Positions 1 to 9,625 of a DNA stretch of 64,000 nucleotides are shown one piece after another. Each line of letters opens with the position of its first letter. The first letter of the stretch is position 1. This DNA comes from Euryarchaeota archaeon UBA58 (lineage in GTDB: Archaea > Thermoplasmatota > Poseidoniia > Poseidoniales > Thalassarchaeaceae): contig DAHR01000005.1 in NCBI GenBank assembly GCA_002498525.1, positions 42,478 to 106,477 on the forward strand. Reading direction: 5' to 3'. Below the pieces are notes generated by a model that was not told the origin of the DNA, did not search any database, and was given only the letters and a program-made list of their open reading frames with translations. The translations under genes were made by a program, and so were the position numbers.

Positions 1-2379
1 CAGAGCTGGGCCCTGAATCGCGTCGCTCGGTACCACACGGAAGAACAGTGGGTAAGCCGTAGCGTCACTGAGTCCAGGGTTGGTGCTTGCGTACGAGATC
101 ATTGGGATGCCAGCAGCCGAAAGAATCGCGTTAGCACCCATGGTCGCACCTGAGCAGGCAGCGCCTGCAACTGCGACGACGCCCGCATCCACGAGGGATT
201 GAGCAGCGGCACCAGCGACGGTACCGTCGCAGCCAGAGTCAGCCATGACCAACTCGAACTGGAGACCACTGCCCCAGCCCGCGATGTTCATCATACCTAG
301 AGCGATGTTCGCAGCAGCACCGAATCCAGGTGCGTAGACCGCGATAGGACCGGTGATTGGGTTCAGGAACCCGATCTTGACTGTCATGCCTGTGAACTCG
401 GTTGCAGCTACTCCGCCATCGCGAGTCCAGTGGGCTCGGCAACTGAAGAAGACGTCTGTCGAGGACAGAGCATCGAAGCGGCAGATATCGTATCCAGCGC
501 CAGCAACGTCGCCTGAGGCGTCGAAGGTGTGGCTGCCGGATGCACCAGCGTAGTCTGTTCCGATGGATTGGAGGTTGGCTTCCATGTTGGCGCCATCCTC
601 AGCCATTGCGGCCTTTCCAATCATCATCACAGCATCGTAGGTCTCTGCGGTGTAGATTCCACCAGCGCAGCCATCATCGGCAGCGCAGCGGTCGTTGAAG
701 TCACCAGCGCCTGCGACTGCGCGAGGCTTGGTCGCTTGAAGGCCATTAGCGGCACCAGGTGCGCTGAAGTCATCGAGGAAGGCCTCGTCGGCAATTCCAT
801 CTGCACCGAAGACGGGCAGAGAGATACCGAGGTAAGCCATTGTCTCGAGGATTGCAGCGCCATCGGTAGCGTAGGTCACCATGACAACTGAGCCACAGTT
901 AGCATCGGCGACTGCCTGAGCGACTGACCCGAAGTCAGTCGTGGAGTCTTCGTAGCCAATCTTTGTGCAAAGGTTGTCAGCGCCCCATGCGCCCTCGAAG
1001 GCGTCAGCGAGACCAGAACCGTAGTCGTTGGTCATGTGCAGCAGAGCAGGGTTGGATGCACCAGCAGCCATTACCATAGCTGCCATTGCTGGGCCCTGGA
1101 TTGCATCGCTTGGCACAACTCGGTAGAAGCTTGGGTAAGCTCCTACGTCACTGAGTGCAGGGCTGGTGCTCGCGTACGAGACCTGCACGATACCTGCAGC
1201 GCTGAGAACAGCGTTAGCACCAATGGACGCACCGGAGCAAGCAGCTCCTGCGACTCCTACAACGCCCGCATCCACGAGGGATTGAGCAGCGGCACCAGCG
1301 ACGGTTCCGTCGCAACCTGAGTCAGCCTCGATGAGTTCGAAGTCTCCACCCATTGCATTCAGGTCATCAATCGCAGCCTGCGCAGCCCATGTGAAGGGCG
1401 GTGCGTAAACAGCGATTGGACCCGTCAATGGATTGAGCAGACCGATCTTCACCGACTCGACAGGTACCACGGGTGGCACGAACATCGGGTTCGCGTTGCC
1501 CATGTAGAAAGCAGCGATCTCATCGACGAGCGCGTTTGCGACGTCGATGTCGAATCCGACAGCATTGCCATTTTCATCGATGTTCTCGAAAGGCGGGTAA
1601 GCCGTGTCCGAGCAGATCTTCATCGTGCCCGACTCCAGAATCGAAGTGAGAGTCGAGCCCTCACTTGGGCTTGGGTAAGCACTTGCTGTGTCCGCGTCGC
1701 GGTCATCCGTGAGGACAACCGTTCCCTCGAACCATGCACCGAAGATCAGGTCGTATTCGCCCGAGTCAACAATCGCCGTGATGGCGACGTTGAGTGCATC
1801 GAGCAACTCGCCGTTCGATTCCTGGCGTACAGCGAGTCCGAAGGTCTCGTCTGAGAACGTCGTCAACAGAGTACCAGACAACGCGAGAACGGGTGAATCA
1901 CCCATTGCGTAGTCCGCTTCTCCGGCGTTGACAGCAGCTATTACCGACGGGAAATCGTCGTAAGCAGCGATTGTCGCAGCACCGAGGTTTTCAGCGGCGT
2001 ACAGGTCCGAAGTCGTTCCAGACTGCAATGCGATGGTCGTACCAGCCGCATTCAGGTCTGAGACGTCGGAAATCGCAGCTGAACCAGCAGCGCCGATCAC
2101 ACCTTGGCTACTTGTGTAGTAACCGCGGGTGAAGTCGACCACCAGTGCACGCGCATCCGTCTTCGTCATCGCCGAGATGATGACATCGCACATCTCGCCG
2201 GCATTCAAGTTGGGAATAATTGGGTCCCAGGCGGAGGTAACTATGTCCGCTGACACGTCGTCAGCAGCACTCAGTTCCCACACTTCCTCGGGCTCATCTT
2301 CCCCTCCCAAACATCCAGCGAACGCAGCCGCCAGCATGCTGAGAGTCATCATCATTGCAGTCATTTTCTTGTCTAACAT
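1..2379 (-). CDS. Multidomain solute-binding lipoprotein: circularly permuted polar amino-acid binding domain (SBP_bac_3) plus at least two branched-chain amino-acid binding (LivJ/PBP1) domains; 3' end runs off the window
   Basis: Not in the ORF track; translated manually from ATG 2379 with no stop to base 1: MLDKKMTAMMMTLSMLAAAFAGC (lipobox)...WDPIIPNLNAGEMCDVIISAMTKTDARALVVDF...SGTMKICSDTAYPPFE...GFDIDVA...VKIGLLNPLTG...SYASTSPALSD...FYRVVPSDAIQG; a second VKIGFLNPITG domain follows. Confidence 0.88.
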   Translation of the reverse strand, partial: MLDKKMTAMMMTLSMLAAAFAGCLGGEDEPEEVWELSAADDVSADIVTSAWDPIIPNLNAGEMCDVIISAMTKTDARALVVDFTRGYYTSSQGVIGAAGSAAISDVSDLNAAGTTIALQSGTTSDLYAAENLGAATIAAYDDFPSVIAAVNAGEADYAMGDSPVLALSGTLLTTFSDETFGLAVRQESNGELLDALNVAITAIVDSGEYDLIFGAWFEGTVVLTDDRDADTASAYPSPSEGSTLTSILESGTMKICSDTAYPPFENIDENGNAVGFDIDVANALVDEIAAFYMGNANPMFVPPVVPVESVKIGLLNPLTGPIAVYAPPFTWAAQAAIDDLNAMGGDFELIEADSGCDGTVAGAAAQSLVDAGVVGVAGAACSGASIGANAVLSAAGIVQVSYASTSPALSDVGAYPSFYRVVPSDAIQGPAMAAMVMAAGASNPALLHMTNDYGSGLADAFEGAWGADNLCTKIGYEDSTTDFGSVAQAVADANCGSVVMVTYATDGAAILETMAYLGISLPVFGADGIADEAFLDDFSAPGAANGLQATKPRAVAGAGDFNDRCAADDGCAGGIYTAETYDAVMMIGKAAMAEDGANMEANLQSIGTDYAGASGSHTFDASGDVAGAGYDICRFDALSSTDVFFSCRAHWTRDGGVAATEFTGMTVKIGFLNPITGPIAVYAPGFGAAANIALGMMNIAGWGSGLQFELVMADSGCDGTVAGAAAQSLVDAGVVAVAGAACSGATMGANAILSAAGIPMISYASTNPGLSDATAYPLFFRVVPSDAIQGPAL
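179..1305. repeat. Intragenic direct repeat between the two LivJ-like domains (44 identical nt at 179-222 and 1262-1305, period 1083 nt)
   Basis: acgcccgcatccacgagggattgagcagcggcaccagcgacggt is present twice; the next mismatches are at synonymous positions. Confidence 0.85.
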
Positions 2380-2709
2380 TGCGTAACTCACGCTCCTTAG
2401 CGCGGCGCACCACAATATGTCTTTGTTATAGAAGTTCGCAATTATGTACCAAAACACACCGATTTAAACTGTTTTCGAGTTTGAATCTTTTTCAAGGGAA
2501 AGTTACAAGAAATAGGTGATTTGAGCGTGATTGTGGTGGTTTCTTTACAAAATCCTCCGATTAACGGAAATATCTTCGCGCTTTACAATCCATTTTGAGG
2601 ATAGGAGTGCTCTCTGAATTTTCAGGTTGATTTTCAGATTGATTCTAGGCCTTCAACTTGAGCATGATTATCCGATTGTATGATGAAGCGGATACCGCGC
2701 GTTCCGCAC

Positions 2710-3831
2710 GTGGCAGATACCCCGATGGACTACGCTGGCAGCGGAGTCGACATCGATGCTGAAGGAGCTGCGGTCGCCAGTCTCATTGGAGCACTGACTT
2801 CCTCGCCCCGACAACCTGGAACTCGCGGAGCGCCCGTGCCTCTTCTCGGTGGCTTTGGTGGCATCATCGAATTCGGCGATTCGCACCTCGCCCTCGCCAC
2901 CGATGGGGTTGGCTCAAAACTGCAACTGGCGAACCTCCTCGGCCGTTACGAAGGCGTTGGAATCGATTGCGTGGCGATGAACGTCAACGATCTGCTCTGT
3001 GTGGGCGCTGAGCCCCTCGCCTTCGTCGATTACATCGCGGTCCCCCAGACCAATCCAGAGACCCACGCAGCCATCGGCGCGTCACTGACTGAAGCCTGCA
3101 GACGCGCGCGCGTCACTCTCGCAGGGGGGGAGACGGCTACGCTTCCTGGAATCGTCTCCGAACTCGACCTCTCAGGCACCGCTCTGGGCTGGTTCCCCGC
3201 CGGCGAAGCAATCACCGGCGAGCGCTTGCAAGCAGGCGACGTCCTGATTGGTCTGCCAAGCAGTGGAGCCCATTCGAACGGCTACACATTGCTGCGAGCA
3301 GTTGTTGAGAAGTCCGGGGCCGCACTTGAGGAGGAAGCACCTTTCGATGCGATCCATGAGCATCGTGAAATCGAGCGGACGATGAGTGCGGAGCGGGCGA
3401 CTTTGGGCGAGGTTCTGTTGAATCCAACTCGAATCTATGTCGACCCGATAATCGACTTTATCGAAGCATGCAGAGATGGTTCTGGACCTTGCGAATCGAG
3501 TGACGTCAAGGCTATCGCGCACATCACAGGGGGTGGGCTTTCGAACCTTCTTCGTCTTCACGAGAGATTGGGATGGCACATCGACGCACCACTTCCTGCA
3601 CCGCCGGAATTCACTTGGATCGCTGCTGCCGGACCCGTCGAGGCCAAAGAGATGCACCGAGTCTTCAACATGGGCATGGGGATGGTTGTCGCGGTTGCGG
3701 AGGGGGTCGCGGATTCGGTCGAAGCCTGGCTTGCCGATAGATTACCGGGCAGCCGTCGAGTCGGCTTCGTCAATGACGATGGACATCGGGTGACTCACGC
3801 AGATTCGAGTGTCGTGTTCGAGCATTATTGA
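2710..3831 (+). CDS. purM: Phosphoribosylformylglycinamidine cyclo-ligase (AIR synthase)
   Basis: DYAGSGVDI, TDGVGSK, GIDCVAMNVNDLLCVGAEP, GGETA, SSGAHSNG, HITGGG, FNMGMG motifs; start codon uncertain (GTG 2710 or ATG 2725). Confidence 0.95.
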   Translation: MADTPMDYAGSGVDIDAEGAAVASLIGALTSSPRQPGTRGAPVPLLGGFGGIIEFGDSHLALATDGVGSKLQLANLLGRYEGVGIDCVAMNVNDLLCVGAEPLAFVDYIAVPQTNPETHAAIGASLTEACRRARVTLAGGETATLPGIVSELDLSGTALGWFPAGEAITGERLQAGDVLIGLPSSGAHSNGYTLLRAVVEKSGAALEEEAPFDAIHEHREIERTMSAERATLGEVLLNPTRIYVDPIIDFIEACRDGSGPCESSDVKAIAHITGGGLSNLLRLHERLGWHIDAPLPAPPEFTWIAAAGPVEAKEMHRVFNMGMGMVVAVAEGVADSVEAWLADRLPGSRRVGFVNDDGHRVTHADSSVVFEHY

Positions 3832-3854
3832 GAATCGACTTCAAGCCTTCTTGA

Positions 3855-5261
3855 GTGAATCATCTGGGCATTGACTGGTGTCGTCAAGCCCTTGAAGGGA
3901 TGCTGTGTCCGAGCGGCGTGGCCGATGACGATACTGTGCCCCCTGGCTGGCCTGGTGTTCTGCACCGAGAAGGTCGGACACTGACGAGAGTTCATACGAT
4001 TCCAAAATCCACAGAAACTGGTCCTGCTGCGAAATCCGCTGGGACGGTCTTCCACAATCCAGCGATGGCTGGCTCTCGCACGCGGAGCGTGCTATTGCTG
4101 CAACATGCCATCGAGAATAGTCTGCTGGGAGATGGTGATATTCGTGCATTGGATGGTCTGTCTGCCTCGGGCTTACGGGCTCGCAGATGGTTGAACGAGT
4201 TGCCGAAAGAGGCTGCTGAGAGGCTGCTTGCTACTATCGGCGACATGGATTCTTCGGCCTTGGAATGGGGCATGCGGAGCCATGAAGAATTTCCTCCGAG
4301 TCATGGCGGAGGTGGTCTGACTCCTCTTCTTGGCGACCTTCGAGCCAGTGTCATCTCACAGGGATGGCATTGGATTGACATCGATCCGTTCGGCTCGCCA
4401 GTGCCTTTCCTCGATACTGCGATGCAGGCGCTGGCTCGCCGGGGAATTCTCGAGGTCAGCGCGACCGATACAGCCGCGCTGAGCGGTTCTTCTCCCAACC
4501 CCCTAATGCGGCGCTACGGCGCGCGAGTGCGGCTTGACAAACTCAAGCATGATTCTGGTTTGCGGGTTCTGCTGGCGACGGTTGCACGGGCAGCGGCTCG
4601 GCACGATCGTAGCATCGAACCGCTGTTGTCGATCTGGGATTCTCATCATCTGCGAGTCTCGGTTCGCGTCTTGCGCAGAATGAGCGGCGCGAATGACCTC
4701 GAAGCCTCCCTCGGATGGAGAGTCTTCACGCCGACGAAAACAGAAGTCGAGGCTTCGGTGGCCGCAGGCCTGCTGCCAGAAGATCCCGAAAAGGCGCTGC
4801 CGATTCGCTGTTTTCTGCCATTATCCCATCCCGTCGCAAGAGAGGACAAACGAATCTCTGGGCCCATGTGGATCGGCCCGACCGGAGAGCGAACCGCCCT
4901 CGCATCGATGAGCGTCGAGCGGGCGATCTCGATGTGTTGTCATGAGGAATCTGAGCAAGATTCGTCCGATGACCCTGCTGGTTGGGATCTTACTCGCTTC
5001 GCAGCCGAGCGACGCCGAGTCGCACGCGCAGTCCGCAATCTCGAGGCTGAAGCCGAGGCGATAGATACCCCGCACCTCGTGTCGGTCGACGAGTTGGCGA
5101 GTTGGCTTGAGCGAGGCTCACCACCGAGTCCGCGAAAAATGGCAGAAGTCCTCATCGAGCAAGGTCACAGCGCCGCAGTAGCCCATTATGCCGAACCTGC
5201 TTTCCGCACCGATGCTCCTTGGTCTGAGGTTCTCGCTGCCTATGATGAAGTCTCGAATTGA
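3855..5261 (+). CDS. trm1: tRNA (guanine-26 N2)-dimethyltransferase Trm1-like
   Basis: VFHNPAM...R, DGLSASGLRARR, IDIDPFGSPVPFLD, SATDTAAL, GPMWIG, FRTDAP motifs. Confidence 0.85.
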   Translation: MNHLGIDWCRQALEGMLCPSGVADDDTVPPGWPGVLHREGRTLTRVHTIPKSTETGPAAKSAGTVFHNPAMAGSRTRSVLLLQHAIENSLLGDGDIRALDGLSASGLRARRWLNELPKEAAERLLATIGDMDSSALEWGMRSHEEFPPSHGGGGLTPLLGDLRASVISQGWHWIDIDPFGSPVPFLDTAMQALARRGILEVSATDTAALSGSSPNPLMRRYGARVRLDKLKHDSGLRVLLATVARAAARHDRSIEPLLSIWDSHHLRVSVRVLRRMSGANDLEASLGWRVFTPTKTEVEASVAAGLLPEDPEKALPIRCFLPLSHPVAREDKRISGPMWIGPTGERTALASMSVERAISMCCHEESEQDSSDDPAGWDLTRFAAERRRVARAVRNLEAEAEAIDTPHLVSVDELASWLERGSPPSPRKMAEVLIEQGHSAAVAHYAEPAFRTDAPWSEVLAAYDEVSN

Positions 5262-5264
5262 GAT

Positions 5265-6356
5265 TCATCCACCGATGTAGGACATCTCGATTCGTGGCAG
5301 CGCCGATGTCTCAGCCGAGCGCAGCTCGCTGTAGCGATCGCTTCGGCGACTCCAGATAGCGGCGATCGCTGCCGACAATCCCTCACCGTTCCCGTCATTC
5401 TCGTCGCTGTGAATCAAAGCGCGCAGATCGTGCCCTCCCGAAGCGAATAGGCAGGTGAAGAGATGTCCATCGGCTGAGATTCGCGCGCGCACGCATTCAC
5501 CACAGAATGGTTCACTGACAGATGAAATCAATCCGATCTCACCAGAACCATCAGAGTGGACGAGGCGAACTGCGACATCGGAAGGCCGCTCTGCTTCGAG
5601 CGCAACCAGATCGAACTCCTCGCGAAGATGACTGAGCAGGTCCGCACTCGGTATCACTTCGCCACGAATCCAGCCGTTGGTTCGTCCGACATCCATGTAT
5701 TCGATGAAGCGGATAACCACTCCACTGCCTTGGAAATGTCGTACGAGTTTCGCAGCTTGATCCTCGTTGATCCCCCTACGAATGACACAATTGACCTTGA
5801 CCGGTTCAAGGCCCGCCTCCAGTGCCGCATCGATTCCGTCGAGTATATCGGCGACGGGCACATCTGAGTCGGTCATCAGTCTGTGGACGTCATCGTCGAG
5901 GGCATCCAGACTGACTGTGACCCTCGTCAAACCCGCTGCTGCGAGGGCTTGCGCGTTGCGGCGCAGCAGCGAGCCATTGGTGGTCAGCGCCAGATCGAGG
6001 CCGAGGTTGGAGAGTCTGCCCATGAGGTCGTCGAGGCCGGGCCTCAGAAGCGGCTCGCCACCGGTGATTCGAACCTTCTCGAGCCCCAGTTCCATGCAAG
6101 CGCGCACGACCTTCTCAATCTCGTCGAAAGTCAGGAAGGCGCGCCGCGGCAGGAAGGTGTGGTCCTCACCGAATCGCTCCCGCGGCATGCAGTATGGACA
6201 GCGGAAGTTGCAGCGGTCGGTGACCGAAATCCGCAGGTCTCGCAAAGGCCTGCCCAAGAGATCGATGACTTCGTTGCCTGCTGTGGCAGGTGATGTGACA
6301 TTCGACTCAGCGGATTCCCCGTCCACCGTCTTATCGGTCAAGCTGTCGAGGGCCAT
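5265..6356 (-). CDS. moaA: GTP 3',8-cyclase (molybdenum cofactor biosynthesis, radical SAM)
   Basis: LRISVTDRCNFRCPYC, RITGGEPLLR, FCGECVRARISADG...C, C-terminal MSYIGG. Confidence 0.95.
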   Translation of the reverse strand: MALDSLTDKTVDGESAESNVTSPATAGNEVIDLLGRPLRDLRISVTDRCNFRCPYCMPRERFGEDHTFLPRRAFLTFDEIEKVVRACMELGLEKVRITGGEPLLRPGLDDLMGRLSNLGLDLALTTNGSLLRRNAQALAAAGLTRVTVSLDALDDDVHRLMTDSDVPVADILDGIDAALEAGLEPVKVNCVIRRGINEDQAAKLVRHFQGSGVVIRFIEYMDVGRTNGWIRGEVIPSADLLSHLREEFDLVALEAERPSDVAVRLVHSDGSGEIGLISSVSEPFCGECVRARISADGHLFTCLFASGGHDLRALIHSDENDGNGEGLSAAIAAIWSRRSDRYSELRSAETSALPRIEMSYIGG

Positions 6357-6529
6357 GTATCGGCGGTGCGAGAACTGAGTCAAAGGCTTGCCTGCTGGCT
6401 TCTCTGCGCTCTCATGCGAACTTCTCTTCGCTCGCCGACCTGTTTCCTCTGCCTGCCTTTGCAATTCTTCCCTTCGTCCACGCGCCCGCAGGTTGAAGAC
6501 GGGTGGGCTGTGCAGGATGAATGAGGCGC

Positions 6530-7090
6530 ATGTTGTCAATCACATCCAAGGCTCGCGAGATGCTCGATTCTTTCGCCGAGCAGTCTGATGAGAATGAGTT
6601 GGCATTGCGCATCGAGATCATCGGTCGAGGGCCGAAGGGATTCCAGTATGACTTGCAATTCGTCACCGGCGGTGACGGTGCTGAGGACGATCTGGTCCTG
6701 AAGATCGATGGCATCACAGTTCGCGTCGCTGCCCGCAGTGTCCAATACCTCGAGGGCACCACACTCGATTTCAGGGAGACTCTGATGGGTGGTGGATTCG
6801 CCTTCGACAATCCGAACCCGATGTGGGTCGACGAATTATCTCAGAAAGTCGCAGATATCATCACTCAGGAGATCAACCCCGCCGTGGCTTCCCACGGTGG
6901 CGTCGTCGAACTCGTCGGAGTCGATGAAGACAAGGCGATCATCGCTTTCGGCGGCGGCTGTCAAGGCTGTGGCATGGCCGACGTGACCCTCAAACAAGGC
7001 GTCGAAGTGATGATCAAGGACAAAGTTCCTGAAATCATCGAAGTCATCGACGCCACCGATCACGCTGCTGGTACCAATCCATTCTATTGA
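6530..7090 (+). CDS. nfuA: Fe-S biogenesis protein NfuA (A-type carrier-like N-domain plus NifU C-domain)
   Basis: LDF...GGFAFDNPN; INPAVASHGG, GGCQGCGMADVTLKQG; DATDHAAGTNPFY. Confidence 0.9.
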   Translation: MLSITSKAREMLDSFAEQSDENELALRIEIIGRGPKGFQYDLQFVTGGDGAEDDLVLKIDGITVRVAARSVQYLEGTTLDFRETLMGGGFAFDNPNPMWVDELSQKVADIITQEINPAVASHGGVVELVGVDEDKAIIAFGGGCQGCGMADVTLKQGVEVMIKDKVPEIIEVIDATDHAAGTNPFY

Positions 7091-7136
7091 GCGGTGACCC
7101 AGCGGTCGGCGCTGGCTCGGCAGTCGATTCTGAGCC

Positions 7137-7967
7137 TCAGTAGACCATTCTGACTTCGTCGTCGTCGCGGTTGAGATCGGGTTCTGGTAGAGCGTTTGCC
7201 TGCGTCCGCTCAAAGGCTTCGCGGACGCGCTCCTCGATGGTCCGCGCGTCCTCGAGCAAACCCTTCACTGGAATCTCCATATCGAGTAGTTCCGAGACGC
7301 CTTCGATGGCGAGTAAGGCTGCTCGCGCGTCAGGATACATCGGATTGCACTCGGCGAGGAGGGCAGTGACATCGAGTCCTCGCCGCTCCCCCTCAGCGAT
7401 CAGATAACCTGAGATTCCTGCGACGATTCCCTGTTGGATCCGCCGAATCCCGGAATCGTCCAGAGCATCCCGACCCAGCGCAGTCGATGAGACGCCCCAG
7501 AGGTCGCTCTCCTCCTTGATCCCGAGATCGTTGCTGACCACCCCATCGACCACCAGCAGGCGGTCGAAGCCACCCTTGGTGAACCACTCGAGAACGGTTT
7601 GTCCGAAATGAACATCCTTCTCGGGAGGAAATTGAATCTCAGCGATGAACACCCCCAGACCTTCACCTTGGTAGACGCGGACAGGATGTTTGGGAACCGA
7701 GTCGTGAATCAGTGCAATAGCTGGAAACTGCGGATGGAGCACGGTTCCCATAGGCGCGAGGCCCATCGATTGAATGATGTGAGACATGGCGATAACGCCG
7801 ACCGAGCCGACCGTGGAGAAGCCGCAGATAGCAGTTCCACCGAGGCTGGTGGGGTCCGCGGAAGAATGCAGCACGAGCGGGTAGCCGCCTCCATCGTCCA
7901 GAGTCATCGACCAGAGGCTGTCGTCACCGATTCTTGAATCAGACGGTTGCAGGATATTGTCTGACAT
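7137..7967 (-). CDS. PAC2-family proteasome assembly chaperone
   Basis: GFSTVGSVGVIA, PVRVY, GIVAGISGYL, PDARAA, LLEDARTIEE. Confidence 0.88.
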   Translation of the reverse strand: MSDNILQPSDSRIGDDSLWSMTLDDGGGYPLVLHSSADPTSLGGTAICGFSTVGSVGVIAMSHIIQSMGLAPMGTVLHPQFPAIALIHDSVPKHPVRVYQGEGLGVFIAEIQFPPEKDVHFGQTVLEWFTKGGFDRLLVVDGVVSNDLGIKEESDLWGVSSTALGRDALDDSGIRRIQQGIVAGISGYLIAEGERRGLDVTALLAECNPMYPDARAALLAIEGVSELLDMEIPVKGLLEDARTIEERVREAFERTQANALPEPDLNRDDDEVRMVY

Positions 7968-8049
7968 GTGGCTGAGAAGCACATCGAGGGTTGATAAAGA
8001 ATGCAAGGCGAATTTATCACGAATGAGCCCTTCGGCCCCTTTGAAGAAG

Positions 8050-8595
8050 ATGATTGAGGACGAAACGGCCAACATCGGCCGCATCTACATCCGCGTCGGT
8101 TCCACCGAAGTCGACCTCTCAGGTTCGGCTCGCGAGGTCAACGATTCCTGGTTGAAACTGCGGGAACAGGACACCTGGGCGTCCGCGCTCTCGAAAATTC
8201 GCTTGGCTCGGCAGGACGCGATAGATGCAGCCACCCAGACCGCGATCGAGTCTGGGATTCCAGAGCGTGGCTCCGCCTTCAGACGCCTGATCGAGAATTG
8301 CGGGATTTACAAGACAGGCGATGTCATCCTCGCTGCAATCCACTACTTGCGCTCAGTCGAGAAAGAGGATGATACTCCGCCCCGAGACATCAAGAAATTG
8401 ATAGAGAACTCGGGGCGCTGGAGTGAATCTGAATTGCAGAAATGGAATCTCTCGCTATACATCAACAGGATGCTCGAAGACACGGTCAGCCGAGGCAAGC
8501 CAGCACTTCTCGTCTATCCAGCAAGCAAGGAGAAGAATCGCTACGTGGTTCTGACCGACGCTGGCCGCGACCATCTCGAGAGGCTGTCGTCGTGA
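8050..8595 (+). CDS. Hypothetical protein, probable C-terminal winged helix
   Basis: Long ORF divergent from PAC2; C-terminal YVVLTDAGRDHL is typical of a wHTH wing. Confidence 0.6.
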   Translation: MIEDETANIGRIYIRVGSTEVDLSGSAREVNDSWLKLREQDTWASALSKIRLARQDAIDAATQTAIESGIPERGSAFRRLIENCGIYKTGDVILAAIHYLRSVEKEDDTPPRDIKKLIENSGRWSESELQKWNLSLYINRMLEDTVSRGKPALLVYPASKEKNRYVVLTDAGRDHLERLSS

Positions 8596-9053
8596 GCGAA
8601 GATGAAGCGGGGGCGTCCAGCCAGTCCGACGAGGCCGGTGCGGAGGCTCTGCCGAAGGATTGGTCCTTCACCTCACACCTCGGCGAGGATCTGCGCGGTG
8701 CCAATCTGTCGGGAGCTGACCTTCGTCGATCCGTCTTCGATGGCGCTGACTTGGAGGGTGCTGACCTTTCGGGCGCTGATTTGCGCAGAGCTTCGTTCAA
8801 GCGCGCGAATCTGATGAAAGCCGCATTCGATGGCGCCGACATGCGAGATGGGATCTTCGTCAAGGCGCGCATGAATCTGTCTAATTTCCAAGAAACGAGG
8901 CTCGACGGTGCCGACTTGCGCGGCATCCGCGGAAAATACGCCATCTGGCGCGGCGCCAACTGGTGGGATGCGCGAATGGACGATGAATTGCGCGAGGCAC
9001 TGGCCAAGAAATGGCCTCGGCCCTTAACCGAAGGTGTCTCCGACCAGCCGTAA
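8592..9053 (+). CDS. Pentapeptide repeat protein
   Basis: Tandem A(D/N)LxG repeats (ANLSG ADLRR ADLEG ADLSG); GTG start overlaps the upstream stop. Confidence 0.88.
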   Translation: MSEDEAGASSQSDEAGAEALPKDWSFTSHLGEDLRGANLSGADLRRSVFDGADLEGADLSGADLRRASFKRANLMKAAFDGADMRDGIFVKARMNLSNFQETRLDGADLRGIRGKYAIWRGANWWDARMDDELREALAKKWPRPLTEGVSDQP

Positions 9054-9057
9054 CCCT

Positions 9058-9474
9058 TCACTCGGGCGTGAGTTTCGCAAGGCCCTCGCGCATCCAGTCG
9101 GGGACCGAAATCTTCTGCTTGACATCCTTCATATCGACGCAAACGGTGACTTGGTCGGCCGTCCAGCACAGAGTGCCATCCTGGTTGCGGAACTCGTACG
9201 TCCAGGCAATCGATGTGTTGCCGACACGTGGGACGGTGATGCTGCAGTATACGGTGTCGCCGTAGGCCAGAGGGTGGAGGAATTGCGCATCGCTGTGGAC
9301 GAGAGGAAATCCGATTCCGTGCTCGTGCAGAATCTCGCTGTAGTGCATGCCGCATGAATACTCCCAGGATTCCTCGTAGAATCGATGGGCGAGGTCCCAG
9401 AATTCGGGGTAATAGACGATCTTTGCGACATCGACCATCGGGAAATCGACGCGCCTGCTTGAGGTGAATGCCAT
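9058..9474 (-). CDS. Acyl-CoA thioesterase (4HBT/YbgC hot-dog fold)
   Basis: VDVAKIVYYP, FPLVHSDAQFLHPLAYGD, VGNTS. Confidence 0.85.
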   Translation of the reverse strand: MAFTSSRRVDFPMVDVAKIVYYPEFWDLAHRFYEESWEYSCGMHYSEILHEHGIGFPLVHSDAQFLHPLAYGDTVYCSITVPRVGNTSIAWTYEFRNQDGTLCWTADQVTVCVDMKDVKQKISVPDWMREGLAKLTPE

Positions 9475-9625
9475 GGCTGCGCGTCGGGGCTCATTCGCTT
9501 GAACGCTCGGTCAGAATAGTGGCGGACAGATTGCTATCACTGCAAACCACCCAGATGGCGGGCCCCCGCACAATCACGCCTTGCGCTCAGGTCCACCCTC
9601 GATGCTATCCGCTTACTTGTTCGAG

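Noticed and set aside
179..1327. Repeat pair as a DGR template/variable region
   Set aside because: Both copies are in-frame in one ORF, the mismatches checked are synonymous, and no reverse transcriptase is in the window.
239..2386. Short ORFs listed in the track over the first 2.4 kb
   Set aside because: They are shadows of the single edge-truncated minus-strand gene at 1-2379.
2390..2680. Replication origin in the AT-rich intergenic region
   Set aside because: No ORB-like motif with a G-string recognised and no cdc6/orc1 gene nearby.
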